From assembly GCF_006345805.1 (NCBI RefSeq), contig NC_042999.1, forward strand, positions 100,936,001-101,000,000: 64,000 bases of DNA, given 5' to 3'. The notes beneath the pieces are model-generated. The model was not told the origin of the DNA, did no database searches, and saw only the letters and a list, made by a program, of their open reading frames with translations. The translations under genes and the position numbers were made by a program. The stretch is from Octopus sinensis. Lineage: Eukaryota. Of the stretch, positions 13,767 through 28,350 are shown in pieces. Position 1 is the first letter of the stretch. The number at the start of each line of letters is the position of its first letter.

Positions 13767-13797
<31 letters not shown>

Positions 13798-15064
13798 GCA
13801 TGATTACAATAAAAATGGTTAGTCACTGTTTAGAAAAACTAAATAAATGTTTCTTTGAAGCAATTACCTTTATGTTATAAACCTCACAATAGCAAATTTT
13901 ACCAAAATATACTTTCACATGACCTGTGTTTATTAAAATAAAATATGATTTGCTTAGGAAAACAATTCCATTGTGAATTAAAAATATTTCTAAACATCTA
14001 ATCTTGTCAGAAGAAAGCAAGTCTTGCAAAGTAAAGAGAAAAAGAAGCATTACCTGAGAAGAACAGTTTATATGGCTGACTTATTTTTTTATAGATAGCC
14101 ATCAGAAACAATTTTTTTTCTTTTAATGTTTGTCAGAGACATTGTTTCTAAGAGGGGCTTTTACAACAATTTTGAACTTGGTTTATCTTGAACTGCCTCT
14201 GTTACAATTTTGATAAAGATTTAAAAAATAGAAGCAAATACTTATAAAATTCCAGGAAATATGTTACCATTCTTGGTGCAAAGCAAAAATCTAAAATTCT
14301 TTGATGAAGTAAAGTAGAGAAGAAAAAGAAAAAAAGCTAGCCATAATTAATGTGCTTTCTAAAAACTTGCGCATTTTAAAACAATTTATTTGATATGTAC
14401 AGTAGATTGGTTCTGGCACTAGTGCATAAAACTATTTTTGTATCTACTTATTACTACATAAAAAATTTATTTTGATAAATAAATACTGTATGAAAGAAAG
14501 GAAAAATAGTTTTCTATGTATTTCTGACAATCAACAGCAGTTTTATATATTCTGGGACAGGTTAGAAGAGTTTAAGATGTTGCTATGGCAGTTTATTTAC
14601 TAGTATACGTTTTAAAAACACTAGACAATTACATTGTAATATTGTAAGTGCTTCTACAATGCATTGCTTCTATTGGTTTCCCAATTGAAGTAGGTAGTAC
14701 CATGAGGCAAAATGAACTGTATACCTTTCCCAAGTTTCTATTTAGTTTCTTGACGTTATTACTGTGAAAACTAAATATACCAAATATCCCCTAAGAAATC
14801 TTACTAATAAAATGAAGGCTACATGATCTTAATAAAGATAGAATGACTGTATTGGAAAAACTAATTGACAGCATTATTAGAACAGTAACCTTTGAGGCCA
14901 AGGTTACTTAACAACAATAGTGACAATATCAATGACAAATGAGCTACCAAGTGAGGTACTACATACTTCCTTTAATCTGCTAGAAATAGCAGCAAAATCT
15001 GCCTCATATAACACACTACTATTTAAAAAAAAATGAAAACAAGACATTGAATAAAGTAGTCATA

Positions 15065-15845
15065 TATTGGATCATCTCATAAATAATGCGGTTTTTCAAA
15101 AGTCGGAGGAGGACAGGATAAACTACATGCAGAGAGTGAATGTCTGCTCTTCTTTGCTATCACATCTCATAAATGAACCTTTTTTGGACTGAATAGGGAC
15201 TGGTGACAAGAAATGGGTTCTCACTAAAAATGTCAAGTGCTGAAGACAGTGGGGAGGGAAAGAAGAAACACTGGCACCCCAGGCTAAAGAAGGTCTTCAC
15301 CCATGTAAGGTGATGTTAACTGTGGGATATGAAAAGTTTATTTCACTTTGAACTTTTAAACCTAAACCAAACGATAACAAAGATCTACTATGAGCAGCTT
15401 GAGTGGCTTAAGTCAGTGCTAGAAGAAAAACCACCATCTTTGGTTTCAAGCTGAAAGGTGTTCTTCCATCAGGATAATGCTCAGCCACATACAGTGAGGA
15501 TGACATTCCAAAGGCTGGAGCAGTTTGAATGGGAAACGATGTCCCATCCACTATATTTTTACCAGACATCGTCCCATCTGATTATCATTTATTCGGCAGT
15601 CTTCAAAATCATTTAGACAGAAAAAAATAGAAATTCTTTAGATGAGGTCAGAACAGTAGTGGAGAAGTATTTTCATCATAGACAAGTGAATTTTGGAAAA
15701 GGGGCCTTGCAAGTCTACCAGATAGATGGAAGAGCATTGTAGAAAATGAAGGAGAGTATATTTTAGATTAAAAAATAACTTTGTCTTAATTTTGAAAAAT
15801 AAAAGAAGTATAAAAAAAGCACATTATTTATGGGATGACCCAATA
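15065..15845 (+). mobile_element. Internally deleted mariner element with both TIRs and TA target duplication
   Basis: Left TATTGGATCATCTCATAAATAATG pairs with right CATTATTTATGGGATGACCCAATA. Catalytic remnants TGDKKWV, FHQDNAQPH, PSDYHLF; the N-terminal HTH is missing. Confidence 0.92.
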
Positions 15846-18109
15846 TATTCCTAAATGTAAGAGATGGAGTAGTCATTGTTGGAATGCATTTGATCACAGA
15901 TCAACTGGATCATGGCTGATTTAGAATTAAACAGCAACTTCAGTATTAATGATGCAATGGTTAATACATATAAAATTATGGGAAATACTGTAAGACTGAT
16001 TACCATAGATGAAATTTTTCTATTGGGTTAAAGTAGTCAAAAGAAAAGGTAGCAATAATTAATTTTCTTCATCAAAATATAGACATTATCAACAATTTTA
16101 TCTAAAATGTTCAAATTGCTTTGATAATGCCATCAAAGATAAGAAATTATTATCTCTTTTTTCTTCATTTTTATTTCATTGTTTATGTGTATGAGATTTT
16201 TTTGGATGGAGTAATAGCAGATGAAAGAAGAAAGCAGTTTCAACTGAACAGTAGTAACAGTTATTCTGAGAAACACTAAAATAGTTTTAAATTGAATTTC
16301 AAATTTGCTTTTTTAGAAATAGCTTATTGTATGATGCCAATTTTAAAGTATTACTTTCAATAACCATCTGCAATATTCTTTCCCCTATTGTCTTTTCTTT
16401 CTACTATTCAGAAGATATTCTACTCTTCTGCAAAATGCTATTTCATTTCAGCATATGCGGTAATTGATATTCAGAATAAATAATTTTAATAATTGAAAAA
16501 TATACTGAAAAGAAAAACATTGACTATTTTATAAAAATATACAAATAGTTATTTTAGACTCATAATATTCTAAAAGAAAATTATATTTATGAAATGTGAT
16601 TCCATGGTTTTTAAAAATTTGTAAGTAATTGACATTGGGAAAATGACCCCTTGGAAGGATCATGCACTGGTTTTATTTATTTTCATTATTATAATTAGTC
16701 AACTAGTTAACTAATTAACCAATTAACTAATCAATTGCATGATTAATTGTTCAATCACTCAATCATTTAGTCATTTTATGGTAACAATAAATGCAGGTGA
16801 AACAGAATCAGTACATGTCTTTCTTATTGGTAAAATGACCCTCCCAAGATAAAAACAACATCTGTTTCAACATAGATTTGTACATCAAGAATCTTGCAAA
16901 AACAAAAGTTAAATGAGTTTTTCAGAAAATTCTTGTTTTTGGATGTTATGTTGCCTCTTGAAAGCTCTAAATTTCAATATATTCAGGCTAGAGTTAGAAA
17001 AGTAAACCAGCTGAAGAATAAAACTACAGAGGTAAAATCATATCTGTGGTTAAATCATTAGCAAAACTGAGAAGGAAAAAAACTCACAAAAAACATCAGG
17101 TAGAAGTATAAAGCCAAAGTGTCAATAACAGAAAGAAAGAAATAACCACTGTTTCAGAGAGTTGTCTTGTGTCTAGAAAGATGACAGGAGAAGGAAAGGA
17201 AAAAGGAATTTGTAAGAAGGAAATGTGCAATTATCAAAGAAGTATGCCAACATGTTTTTATGATTTATAAATAATCTAGTACTTATAACAACAAAAATGG
17301 CTTTTGTTATAATTCTGGGTAGAACTCCCCCTTCCTCTCCTTCTCTCTCCCTCTCTCTCACACACTCAGATATATACATAAATACATGTATGTATGTATT
17401 ATGTACACAAATATACAGAGTGTATATTTAAAGAAATGCCCTTAGCATTAAAGAGTATATATATCAAACCACAGATGATGATAATTATATGTCTATATTT
17501 CTGAGATAAGCTATTAGTAAAGTAGTAAGTATTACTATAAAGATAAATTTTTATCTTTCAAGTAATGCAGTATTTTACTCATATTTTCTCATCTTCTTCA
17601 GGTCCATATTTTTATATGAATACATATGCTATTATTAAATAAAAAGAACACAAAACTTTGGAAGAGTGATTACATAATATACATAGTAAAATAAAAAAAG
17701 TTTTTTAGGTTTGTATGTTGCTGGTAAAAGAGTTTCTGACGTTTTGGACAAAGGTCTTCTTCTGGAAATGAAATATATTCTTCTTCATCCTCAATAGATG
17801 AGAACTAGGACATAGCAACAGAGTGGATGATAACAGAAAATAACTTAAAATCAGTTGTATGTATATGTTGGAGGGGAGAGAAAAGACCATGGGAGAGGCT
17901 AAGGTTGTAAGTGGAGAGAGAATATGAGCAATAAAGTAATGTGGGAGGTTAGAATGGCAAGAAAGTGGGGAAGAATAATGGTTGGTTTAAAGCAGGGAAT
18001 ATTTCTATGTTGAGGCAGGGTCAACAAGAGTAAAATAGTATGGAGGAAAAATATAAAATTTTTTTATTTCCAATAACAATTGTACATCTATGTCACATGA
18101 GACCACCTT

Positions 18110-18320
18110 TCAGAGGATGTATCTATGTGGTCAATCAACCAGCTAGAAATAGTAATCAAAGTTCCCTTAAATCACACTGTACCATCTTAAAAAAAGGAAG
18201 AGACACTGGATAATGTAGTCTCTGACAAATAAAATGATGGGATGTTCATAGATGTAATATTTTTCATCATAGGTTTGCTTGTTCGAGGGTAAATTAGAAC
18301 TCAGCAACATGAACAACAAT
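18110..18320 (+). mobile_element. SINE-like family D copy (GCTAGAAATAG...AAATCACAC...GGATAATGTAGTC...(AAC)n)
   Basis: Related copies at ~13380-13690(+), 14975-15940(+, split by mariner), 18470-18640(-), 27370-27480(-), 37800-37980(+), 39230-39410(-), 41800-42000(-), 49120-49180(+), 61095-61765(+, three copies). Confidence 0.7.
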
Positions 18321-19049
18321 AACACTTTTAGTACACATCACTCTGCTATTCACTTATCATACAGGGTATATAAAGGTTTGTTTATTATTTCAATCTGGTG
18401 TACTTTCAAATAAAGTTAATATGGCAGGTATTTATTTTGAAGTATAAGTATAGGAATGTGGTCATCTGTATTCTTTAACCCAATATTTACCTTGATCCAA
18501 CATTCTTTTGATTAAAACATTCCACCTATGGTCATCACATTACAGCAGGAAGCAGTACATTATCCAATGTGTCTTTTTAATGATGGTAGTGTGTGAGTTG
18601 AAGAGACTGAGCTGCTATTTCTAACAGAACAAGCAATCACATAAAGGCTCTTTTATTGGCTTGTAATGAAGTTGCTTTAGTAAGATTCAATTCCTTAGTG
18701 AATGCAATAAGTTTAAGTAAACCTCTTGAAATGCTTTCTCCAAGGAGTCCTACAAAGCTTGTAGTTTGGATCATGCATTCTAAGACAAAATGAATAGAGA
18801 TGATAGAAGGCAAACAAGCAGAGTATGTAGTTAAATTTGAGGAGATAGGAAGAGACAAAGCTTGAGAGTGAATTTGGTATTTAGACAATTCATTAAGTAT
18901 AATAATTGTGAGAAGTAACAGTTAAAAGGATTTATGACAATATCACTTATACAATAAATCTGCCTATGAAATATACATTACACTCCAAAGATTCTAGAAT
19001 GCATGGTGGGGTTCTAGATGATTCTAAAATACATATACACACACCCAGG

Positions 19050-19460
19050 CCTATTCCCCATTTTTTTTTAGGAGAGGGTAGCCACAGTAAAGGGGTGAGC
19101 CCGGTTTTATGCTCGGGTCAAGGCATAGAACGCAATTCCCAATATCAGCAGCAGGGCGCAACAGCATATGCTGGTTTACCCCTGCCACATCATGCTGGTT
19201 CTGTACCCCTTTGACAACATCAAAATTCACTCATCCATCCACAAACACTCTCCAAGCTTTCCTATCATTTATAAACTCTCTTGCCTCTCTCATTCCAGCA
19301 CCTCTAACTATCAAAGCATTCCTGAATCCATCCATCCACACAAACCGAGGTCTGTTTCTGGTCCTGCTGCCTACCACTTCAGCCTTCATCACCCTCCTTA
19401 CCATCCACTCCATGTGGTCAAACCACCTCAACATTCATCTATCCAATTTGGATTTTATAT
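19050..19460 (-). mobile_element. RTE-clade LINE 3' end
   Basis: LRWFDHMEW...RVMKAEVVGSRTRNRPRFVWMDG...DRKAWR is the typical RTE C-terminus. Confidence 0.85.
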
Positions 19461-19515
19461 ATGAACGACAGGGGTAAATGCTAGATTCTAAAATGCAAGT
19501 AGTGAAATAGAGTCA

Positions 19516-19561
<46 letters not shown>

Positions 19562-19575
19562 GTTATTATTATTAA
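19516..19575. repeat. (ATT)n microsatellite
   Basis: Directly visible; similar tracts at ~5808-5841, 6383-6470, 6930-6997, 36343-36410, 44188-44250, 45051-45100, 59366-59433. Confidence 0.95.
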
Positions 19576-22500
19576 TAGATAAATAAATAAATAGATAAAA
19601 TTAAGTACTGACTTTAGTTTGATGCAGTCACATTTCACCTACTGATAATGAGCAGGCAAGAAAAGTAAAATCTCTCCTGTCAACAAATTGAATTTACTTA
19701 TTTCTTTATCAAAACTCTCTCCATACCATTCATCAAATTTATGAGCCTAAATATTTCCTCTGTCATCAAAAAGAAAGATGCTTTCATTATTGATGAACAC
19801 ATGAGAAATAAAGTATTTTAGAGTGCTGATAAATGAGATAAATATATTTCATGCTTTTGCTTGTGAGAGTAACAAAAAATAAACGAAAGGATACATTTTC
19901 ATAAAGGAAATACTAAAACAGATGTAACTTTTCATTTAAACATAAAAAAAAAAAATTTTGTAACTAATTTCTTCTTATTACTATTATATGGGGGTTTAAC
20001 AGTTGAGTTCATACTTAAATAAAGATCAATTTGCCAAATATGGCTTTCAATCATTTTCTTTGAAATTATCAAATTATAGGAAATTCCTTCTGAAAAATAA
20101 TATTCATACATTTTGTAATGAACTACATAATATATGTTAAAATTATCACTGTGTATGTTTTTTAAAAGTCTTATTTACTTAGTCTCCTATTTTCAATTTT
20201 CTTGCCTCATTTTCTATAACTTCATCACTTTATTTTTTTCTTTTAACTATCCATATCTCCCATCTCTTTCTTTATTTGTAACTTAGAACACGAATAATGT
20301 CTGCAGTAGTATTTTACAAGCTGATATGCTACTCAGGATCATGTCCTCAATTGGCTTGATCAAAAGCATAAGAGAATTTTAAGTCTCCACCAGGCCCTAA
20401 GCTGCAAGAAGCTTGAGTTAAGAGCTTGTCTAGAATTTTACAACTTTCGAGTTGTTTCTTTTGTTGTCTTTAGGGAGGAAGAAACACCTGAAACACATTA
20501 TACAAATCGTAGTTTACCTCTTTATATTTCACCTTACCATCTCTATCTTGCTGACAATACATATTGTAAGGTTACTTTCCAAAAGCTTTTACTCATAGGA
20601 TGATGCTATAAAAATTGGTCTAATTTCTACAGCTAAATGCATGACAGATTTGCTCCCTTCCTAATCTATTTTGAGTTATGGTGACAAGACAACTTTCAAA
20701 AATGAGCGGCTGTAAGTATAAATTTTTCAACAGTTTGTTTAATGGCTTTTGCGTTTTTTTTTAATTCAACAGACATGCAAATGTATTATTTTCACTTTAC
20801 AAGCTAGGATTATGTTGATTCAAAAGGAATTTTTAAAAAAATTTCTACAGCTTTAGACAATTTAGTGAAAAATATCTAAAAATATCACCATAACAAGTAG
20901 ATTAAAGAGTCCTTATCAAAAGTTGTTTTAACAGTTGAGATTCTCAAGACCTACATTCCAAATGAATTTTGTTGATAGAATCAATAAATCTCAGTTACTC
21001 AGCTAAAAATAAATCACATACTCAAACAGAGAAACAATCATTCATCACACAAGAATAAAACAAATTGATGTACACAGGAGCAAAAAAGGGAAATTCCTAC
21101 ATTGCAATTAGATTAATGAGACACGCTTCTTGTGAATTACAGTGATATTTTGGTGTTGATTTAGATTAAGTGTTACAGATGAAAAGGTTACACTGGGATT
21201 TAGAACATTCTCAACTGTTGTTATGTTAGTTTACTGAATAATACCAACAGGCATCAGTCATTTGTGTGTGTTGAAATATGTCAAACTCAAAGGGAGGCTT
21301 CTAATTAAAAGGGAAACTAAAGTATATTGAAGAGAGAGAGAGAGAGAAATAGATATTTAGATGGTGGGGGAGAAAACAGCAAATAAAAGAAAGATTTTTA
21401 AAATCTTAATACAATGTTATGGAGAATGCTTAAGAATAATTTAGCTGCTGTTTCTAGCAATTCAATCATTTTTCCTGGCAAGACAAATTTAACATTTTTA
21501 TCTCTTATCTGGCTCTCATTTTCAGAACTGACTCATTCTAAACAACTAAATGCCAAAAATTGGACATAAAAAAAATGTCAGAAGATGAATTAATAGAGAT
21601 ATTTCATTTACAAACTATCATACAGCAACTGATTTTTAACATGTGGATCAATGTGAGAATGTATTTCATTCTCTTGACCAATAGAGAATTTCCTAATAGT
21701 AATAGCAATGTGATAAAATATATATCCCCAATTATAGACAAATGTGATAAAGACCACTCTTGAATCTTCAGACTAATACTCATAATTCAATTATGAGTAT
21801 CAAAACCAAAATGTCTGTACCAAAGCCTAAAAATGAGGCAATGAATGAACATCCTACAGAACTTTTACAAGAAACCCTGTACTTTTATGTAACATTCTTA
21901 AATAATTGAATGCCATCAATAACTAAAAGCATATTCCAGTTTTTTGCAGATGACTCATCATATTAAAATATTAAAAGGAGGTTGTTAGGATTTGGTTAAA
22001 ACTATATATTAAAACTATAGAGAATTTTTTTATTGAAAATTCATACCTTTTATCTGTGTGTGAGTTAGTTCCCAAAACTCAAGAAAACAGATTCAAATCT
22101 AAATTTTTTTCAACTCACTCATACACATACACAAATAAATAAAAGGTATGAATTTTCTATGAAAAAAAACTATTCTTAGTGGATTCCTCAAAAAGATAAA
22201 AGCACTAAAAAATGCAATGTTATTACCAGTTCAAATATGCTTGAAGCATGTTCGAACTCATAAACAAACCATTCACTCTGTTTTGTCATGGAGAAAATTT
22301 CTCACAGTAAACAAATGGTGTAAACACCTAAATAAATGGCTTTTATCCAAATACTATGGCCTTTTTCTTAATAAATAAAATCTGTATACCAATTAAAAGA
22401 ATCTAAATATATACATCCATTACCTGAGGTACCACCTGGACACCTCATCACCAGTGTCTATCTCCTTGAAGATACCTCTAGTTTATCTCACTCTCTTTCT

Positions 22501-22872
22501 TTCCTAAATGTGAGTAACCATGTAGCTGCTCTACTGCAACCTCTTCTCTCATACCTTAACCCCCATCTAGCATACAGAGGCAACATCCCCTCCCTCTTGG
22601 TTTGTTGACTTATGAACTCAATAGTGGTGACCTCAATAGTGCCAGTGACAAAAGAAAAGCACCCAATACGCACTGTTAAGTGGTTGGTGTTATGAAAGGC
22701 ATCCAGCCGTAAAAACCACACCAAAGTAGATACTGGAATACAATGCAGTGCTTGGCTCATAGGATCCTTATCAAACCATTCAACCCATGCCAGCATGAAA
22801 CATGGACATTAAATTATGAAGATGACGACAATGTTGATGATGATGGCAACTATGATGTGTATACATATATAC

Positions 22873-22913
<41 letters not shown>

Positions 22914-22914
22914 C

Positions 22915-22945
<31 letters not shown>

Positions 22946-25561
22946 CAGATAGATAAATCACCCTTATCCATAGAGAAACTAATATTATAGTTAATTATTT
23001 TTATCTTGAAATATAATTCATCTACTATTTAAATAGTATTCACATGGCAACAGCTGGTTTAACTTCAATTTGCCTGCATTTCTCTTTCTCTATAGAAAGA
23101 AATGTAAAATTTGCATGCTTTCTAATTAGTGATTCACTTGCTAATAATTTGGTAAGTTATTGAAAGGTTCACTGATGAACCTTTAAAAATATATAAATAA
23201 ATATAATACACCCAGTGCTTTCCTCAATACTTACTGATGAAAATAATACTATTCATCAACTAATATTTTTTTATTACCAATTATCAGAATTCAACCTTCG
23301 CATGTTTTGATCATTAAATATGTTTTAACAGGTATTGCTGTGTGGTTAAGAAGTTTGCTTTGCAACCATGTGATTCTGGCTCTGATCCTACTGTATGACA
23401 CTCTGGGCAGGTATTTTCAACTGAAGCCAAAGCCTTCAGATGGCTGAAAGCTATACAGAAGTCATCTACCAACTGTGCAAACAGTCTAATGGATAGAGTA
23501 AGCTGATATCTAGCTCAGAATTTGATAGTTTATGATATGTTTGTAGTACTGCATTGTGTCAGTGGCTATGACTATCAATTCTCAAAATGCTTTGGTCTTC
23601 CTAGCTGTAAATAGGTATCAGATTTATTTATTCGTATAAGAGAAAACTGAACGCAAGAGAAAAGCAATGGCAAACCACTGCTATCAAGTACCAGAAAAGT
23701 CTTGCAAACACAGATGTTCCACAGGTCAGCTAAAGCCAGATTTACCTTGATGGTTACATCTATTTCATCCATCCATGCATTCATCAGTATAACTGTCTAG
23801 TAGCATTCTTGGTTTACTTGGATGATAAGCTCTAAATATGAAGTTTATTTAGGTTTTAATATCGTAATTATAAAAATTAGGTATTAAAAAAAAAACTGGA
23901 AATGCCCAATCACTTTTAGAGCACAAAGGTATTTATGAGAATTAAATCAGAATGTGGAAACTTTTATCCAATGGCATGAAAATGAAAATCACATAAGATG
24001 AACAGGAAAAAAGAGAAAAAAGAAAAACAGTAAAAGAGGAAAGTCTGTATTCAATGGCAGTAGGGGGCGTCTCTCAGAGACTGATGTCAGTGATGAGTAT
24101 GGCTATGGAGAAATTGATGGAAATTGCTCATTGATTGCTTTTGTGTATGTATGTATGTATGTATGTGTGTGTGTATATATAAATATATATAAAATATATA
24201 CATGTATATACACATATATGTGTGTATGCACGTATGTATATTTGCATGAGAACACACATGCATGTGTGTATGGGGTAGGGGTGCGTGTATCTTTCACCAT
24301 GGCAAACAGAAAATCAATAATCAAGCTTGTATTTTCAAGTAATGTGAGCACAAAAGATTGGGATGGTGTGAACTGTGGGGATTGTTTTGACTTGACTTAA
24401 GGCAGGATATTAAGAGTTGCATACAACAGGGAAGATTTAGTTGACAGAGAAATGCATAAGGAAGAGATGAAAGGGAGTGGAAGAACAAATATTGAAAGCT
24501 AGGCATTAGTCTTGGCCATGGATGGAATAATCTGTGAATATGGAATAAAGATTGGTTGGATATCATGTTTATAAAACTCCTTTATTATAGGAATTATAAG
24601 GATAAAATGTAGCAAATAATAATAGTAATTCATTTTAGGCTTTACTTGTGCCTCTTTGTGTGCATGTGTGTGTGTGCGTGTGCATGTATGCATGCATGTG
24701 CCACAATGTAAAAGGAATATTTAAATATATGCACATATGATATAGGCCTCACAGATAAGCTATTGTAATATGCTATGTAGAAGGACCTCACCAATAGCAA
24801 CATGTACAATATTTCCAATTCTATGTACCACTATTCATAAGTACTAAACTCCAGTGAAAAGAAACAAAACAAAGAATTAGAGATGTTGGAACAAGCTGAA
24901 ATATTGATCCATAAACCAACAGTCACTTGAATCCTGAAAATACTAGATTCACTTCAATTAACTAAACTCCATTACACTACACTTATACACAAGCAGAATA
25001 ACTACAAAATAATATATTGGACCATCTGTTCAGAGATCTTTTGTTCAAATTCCCTGCATGGAAATTGTTGAGTATTTGGAGGTTCTATGTACCTAATAGT
25101 TCATTTGAGGCTGAAGATTATGTACCAGATACCTTTAAAATACAATAGATCAATGTTACTCAAGGTGGGGAACATGCTCCAGTAGTGGGAAATGTGACAA
25201 TATTTTGGTGGTATGTGGATTACTTTAGAATAGGGTATAAGTAACAAGTGAATGAAACTTGCAATAAAGTTTAAATTAAAACTTCATTGGCAGTGAGGTA
25301 AGAAGTTTGCTTTCCAACCATATCATTCTGGGTTCAGTCCCACTGTATGACATCTTGGGTGTCTATTACTATAGCTCCAGGTTGACCAAAACCTTGTTAG
25401 TGGATTTGATAGATGGAAACTGAAAGGAAATTATCACATGCATTCATGTTACAGTCTCTTTGCCCTGACATTACATGATAGTTGTAAACAAGTGTCACCA
25501 TCATGCATGCAGTGTCTTTCATTTCCATTAACATATGCACCCATAGGGAAATATTGGCTTA

Positions 25562-25735
25562 ATACAGTTCTATATTTGAGAGATAGGAATTATTTACATT
25601 ATTTACATTTGACAGATATTTGTCCTCATCTTGTTTTTTGTTAACACAATGTTTCAGCTGATATACCCTCTAGCCTTCATCAGGTGTCTTGGGAAAATTT
25701 CAAACCTGGGTTCTCATTCCTAAGGTATTTGTCGT
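25562..25735 (-). mobile_element. 3' portion of SINE family E (hammerhead-containing)
   Basis: Reverse complement matches 57890-58015 (TAGGAATGAGAACCCAGGTT...CCCAAGACACCTGA.GAAGGCT.GAGGGTATATCAGCTGAA...TGTAAATAATGTAAATAAT...AGAACTGTA). Confidence 0.85.
25643..25688 (-). ncRNA. Minimal type-I hammerhead ribozyme motif
   Basis: GACAC CUGAUGA AGGCUAGAGGGUAUAUCAGCU GAAA CAUU GUGUU: stem I GACAC/GUGUU, intact CUGANGA and GAAA boxes, short stem II, vestigial stem III. Confidence 0.7.
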
Positions 25736-27969
25736 CGTACTTGGAGTTTGGGAAGGGTTGATGATAAGAAGAGCATCCAACCATAGAAAGTCTGCCTGAA
25801 GAAAATTTTGCCTAACCCATGCAGGTATGGCAAAATGGGCATTAAAACGATGATGATAATACAAATAATATATATTAACTTTGTTCATGGTTGGGCAGCC
25901 ATGTTTGGCAAAAATTGAGGTTGGATGTGAGACAAAAAGATTTGAGAAAAACTGTAACAGACCAATGTCCTATCCAGCAGAATATCTTATTGCTTAGTAT
26001 CATTAAACTAAAAATAAGCTCTAACTCAACCACCAAATAATAAATAACACCTTCAATTCCAGACTGAGGGATACAAATATAATACTAAGTTATTTTGAAA
26101 TAGAGAAAGGCAGCTTGAAAACTAGTTTTAATTTCAGTATACTAAGAATATTAAAATGCTAATTATATCTATTACAATACTAATTACACCTATTACCAAT
26201 GGTATTAAAATGCAATTATACCTGTTAACATAAATCTTTAAACCTCTACAGTTATAAAAATATTTTCACACACATTTATGGAAAAATAAACAAACATTCC
26301 TAATTATGTACTAATAATAACTTACAAAAAATATCAGTTTTAAATTATCCGAAAGATTTGTTTACAGTTAGCTGGTTTCCTTTATAGTTCCTGAAATACT
26401 CTTTCATCTTCTGAAAGCAAATTTCTCCATCTATGCAATGACTAACTTAGCAGAAACACAAACAAACAAATCAAATATAATATTCTAGCAAACCCTAAAA
26501 AGTCATTTGAAAACTTTTGATTTGTCCTTTCATCTAAAGACATCTGAAAGAAATATCAAAAATCGATATTCTATCTGATCACACACACACAGACACACAA
26601 ATAAACATGCTTCTATACTTTACTTTATATCAACATCTTTTTCAAATTTTAATCTTAAGAACTATTCATTTTCACATGGCTATTAGGCCATTTTACTGCA
26701 TGCTACCAGTGTAAATGAATAAAAATCTATTCTCATAAGCAAAATGTGAGGCTTTTTGAGGAATAAAAGGAGAAAAAATAGAATTATTTGGAAATATTTA
26801 AGAAAACTTTAAGAGTATGAATAATCCATCGCATTATGACAGCACAGGGATTTAGACTATTGTGAAGGCTTAGTTGAACTGAAGGTTTTTAAAAAATAGT
26901 GTACCTTAAAAGGAAAGAAATGGAAATGGAGGAAAAAGTGGATTATGAAAGTTAAGATAAATTAGAATGAAGGAAGAAAACTGAGTAGAAACTATGACAG
27001 AGGACTGGCTTGAAATTATAACTCTGATCAGATTCCAGGAAGAGAAAAAGAAATTATTATTGTAATAGTTGGTTTGAACATAAGGACATGGCTATAAATT
27101 TGCGAAGAGGAAACTGTCAATTATAATGATCCCAGAACTTCACAAGTATTTTATTTTATTGAGCCCAGGAGGATGAAAGTAAAGTTGACCTTGGTGAGAT
27201 TTGAACTCAGAATGTACAGAGTCATAACTAAATACTATTAGATGTTTTGTCTGATGCTGTAATGATTCTACCAATGCATCACCCTTATGATTATAATAAT
27301 AGTAATAATACAACAGCAATAACAAGATACACAATTAGATATACATGTATACAGACACTTGAGTGCATTAGTTGTTTTTAACCCGAGTTCAATCTTGATT
27401 GAGTAGACCAATGATCAAAGGTATTCTAGCTAAGACCACCCCATCATCAGTTCAAATACAATATGCTTAGGATAATGTAGAGATCTTCTCATTGACTCCA
27501 TTGGTTGATGTTAAAGACATGCACAATATTGCAGTGTTGGAACAAAAAATCATTTTTGATTCAAGCAGTTCTCTCCACAAGTTTAAACTAAAATAGGGCT
27601 AGCATGTCTATACACACATGCATGCACGCATGCACCCACGCATATGTACAATACCTGCTAATATATATACCATTGTTGGTATATAATGAATATGTAGATG
27701 GACTATGACAAACACAAAACTATTATCGCTGCTGGTGCTGCTACTGCCACTAATCAAGACTGAAGGCTTTAAGAGAGATATGTTCATCATTTGATGTTCT
27801 AAATTCAAATCTTACATTTTGTCTTGCTGCAATGAATAAAATAAGTGCCAGGCATCATTCTTTTATTCTTTTACTGGTTTCAGTCACGTGATTGTGGCCA
27901 TGCTGGGGTACAGTCTTGAAGGTCTTAGCCAATCATACTGACCTCAGCTACAGCAGCAGTTAGATGACA

Positions 27970-28350
27970 GGTATATTTTGCTAAGGTTGACATAGGAAGA
28001 GATTTGCACATGAGAATCAGAGGCATAAAGTATTCAGGATTTGAGAGTAAGAGAGAAAATCGAAACATCATGAGCAAGAAGTATATTCAGAATGATGAAA
28101 GCAAACTTACTATGGATATGTAAGACAAGAAAGTAGCATGGAAGGTCAATTATGAGAGGCTGCTGGGTGTGGAGAATGCGTGGGATAAAGAGGAGCAACT
28201 ACATGCTGACCTTACAGCAGAACCAGCAATTCAAGTTGGCAGCAGCATGGGAAATAAAGTGGTCAAAGACATGAAAAGAAGAAAAACTATAGGTCCATCA
28301 AGGATAATTGTGGAGATGTCCAAACTATCAAGTGAGGTAGAATGCATGAT
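27970..28350 (+). mobile_element. RTE-clade LINE fragment (EN-RT linker)
   Basis: YERLLGVENAWDKEE...EPAIQV...VKDMKRRKTIGPSRIIVEMSKLS; homologous to part of 11570-12480. Confidence 0.7.

Noticed and set aside
23746-23831. Minus-strand exon-like segment and CUGAUGA...GAAA motif
   Set aside because: Stops in all frames from the best acceptor, and no stem I pairing for a hammerhead.
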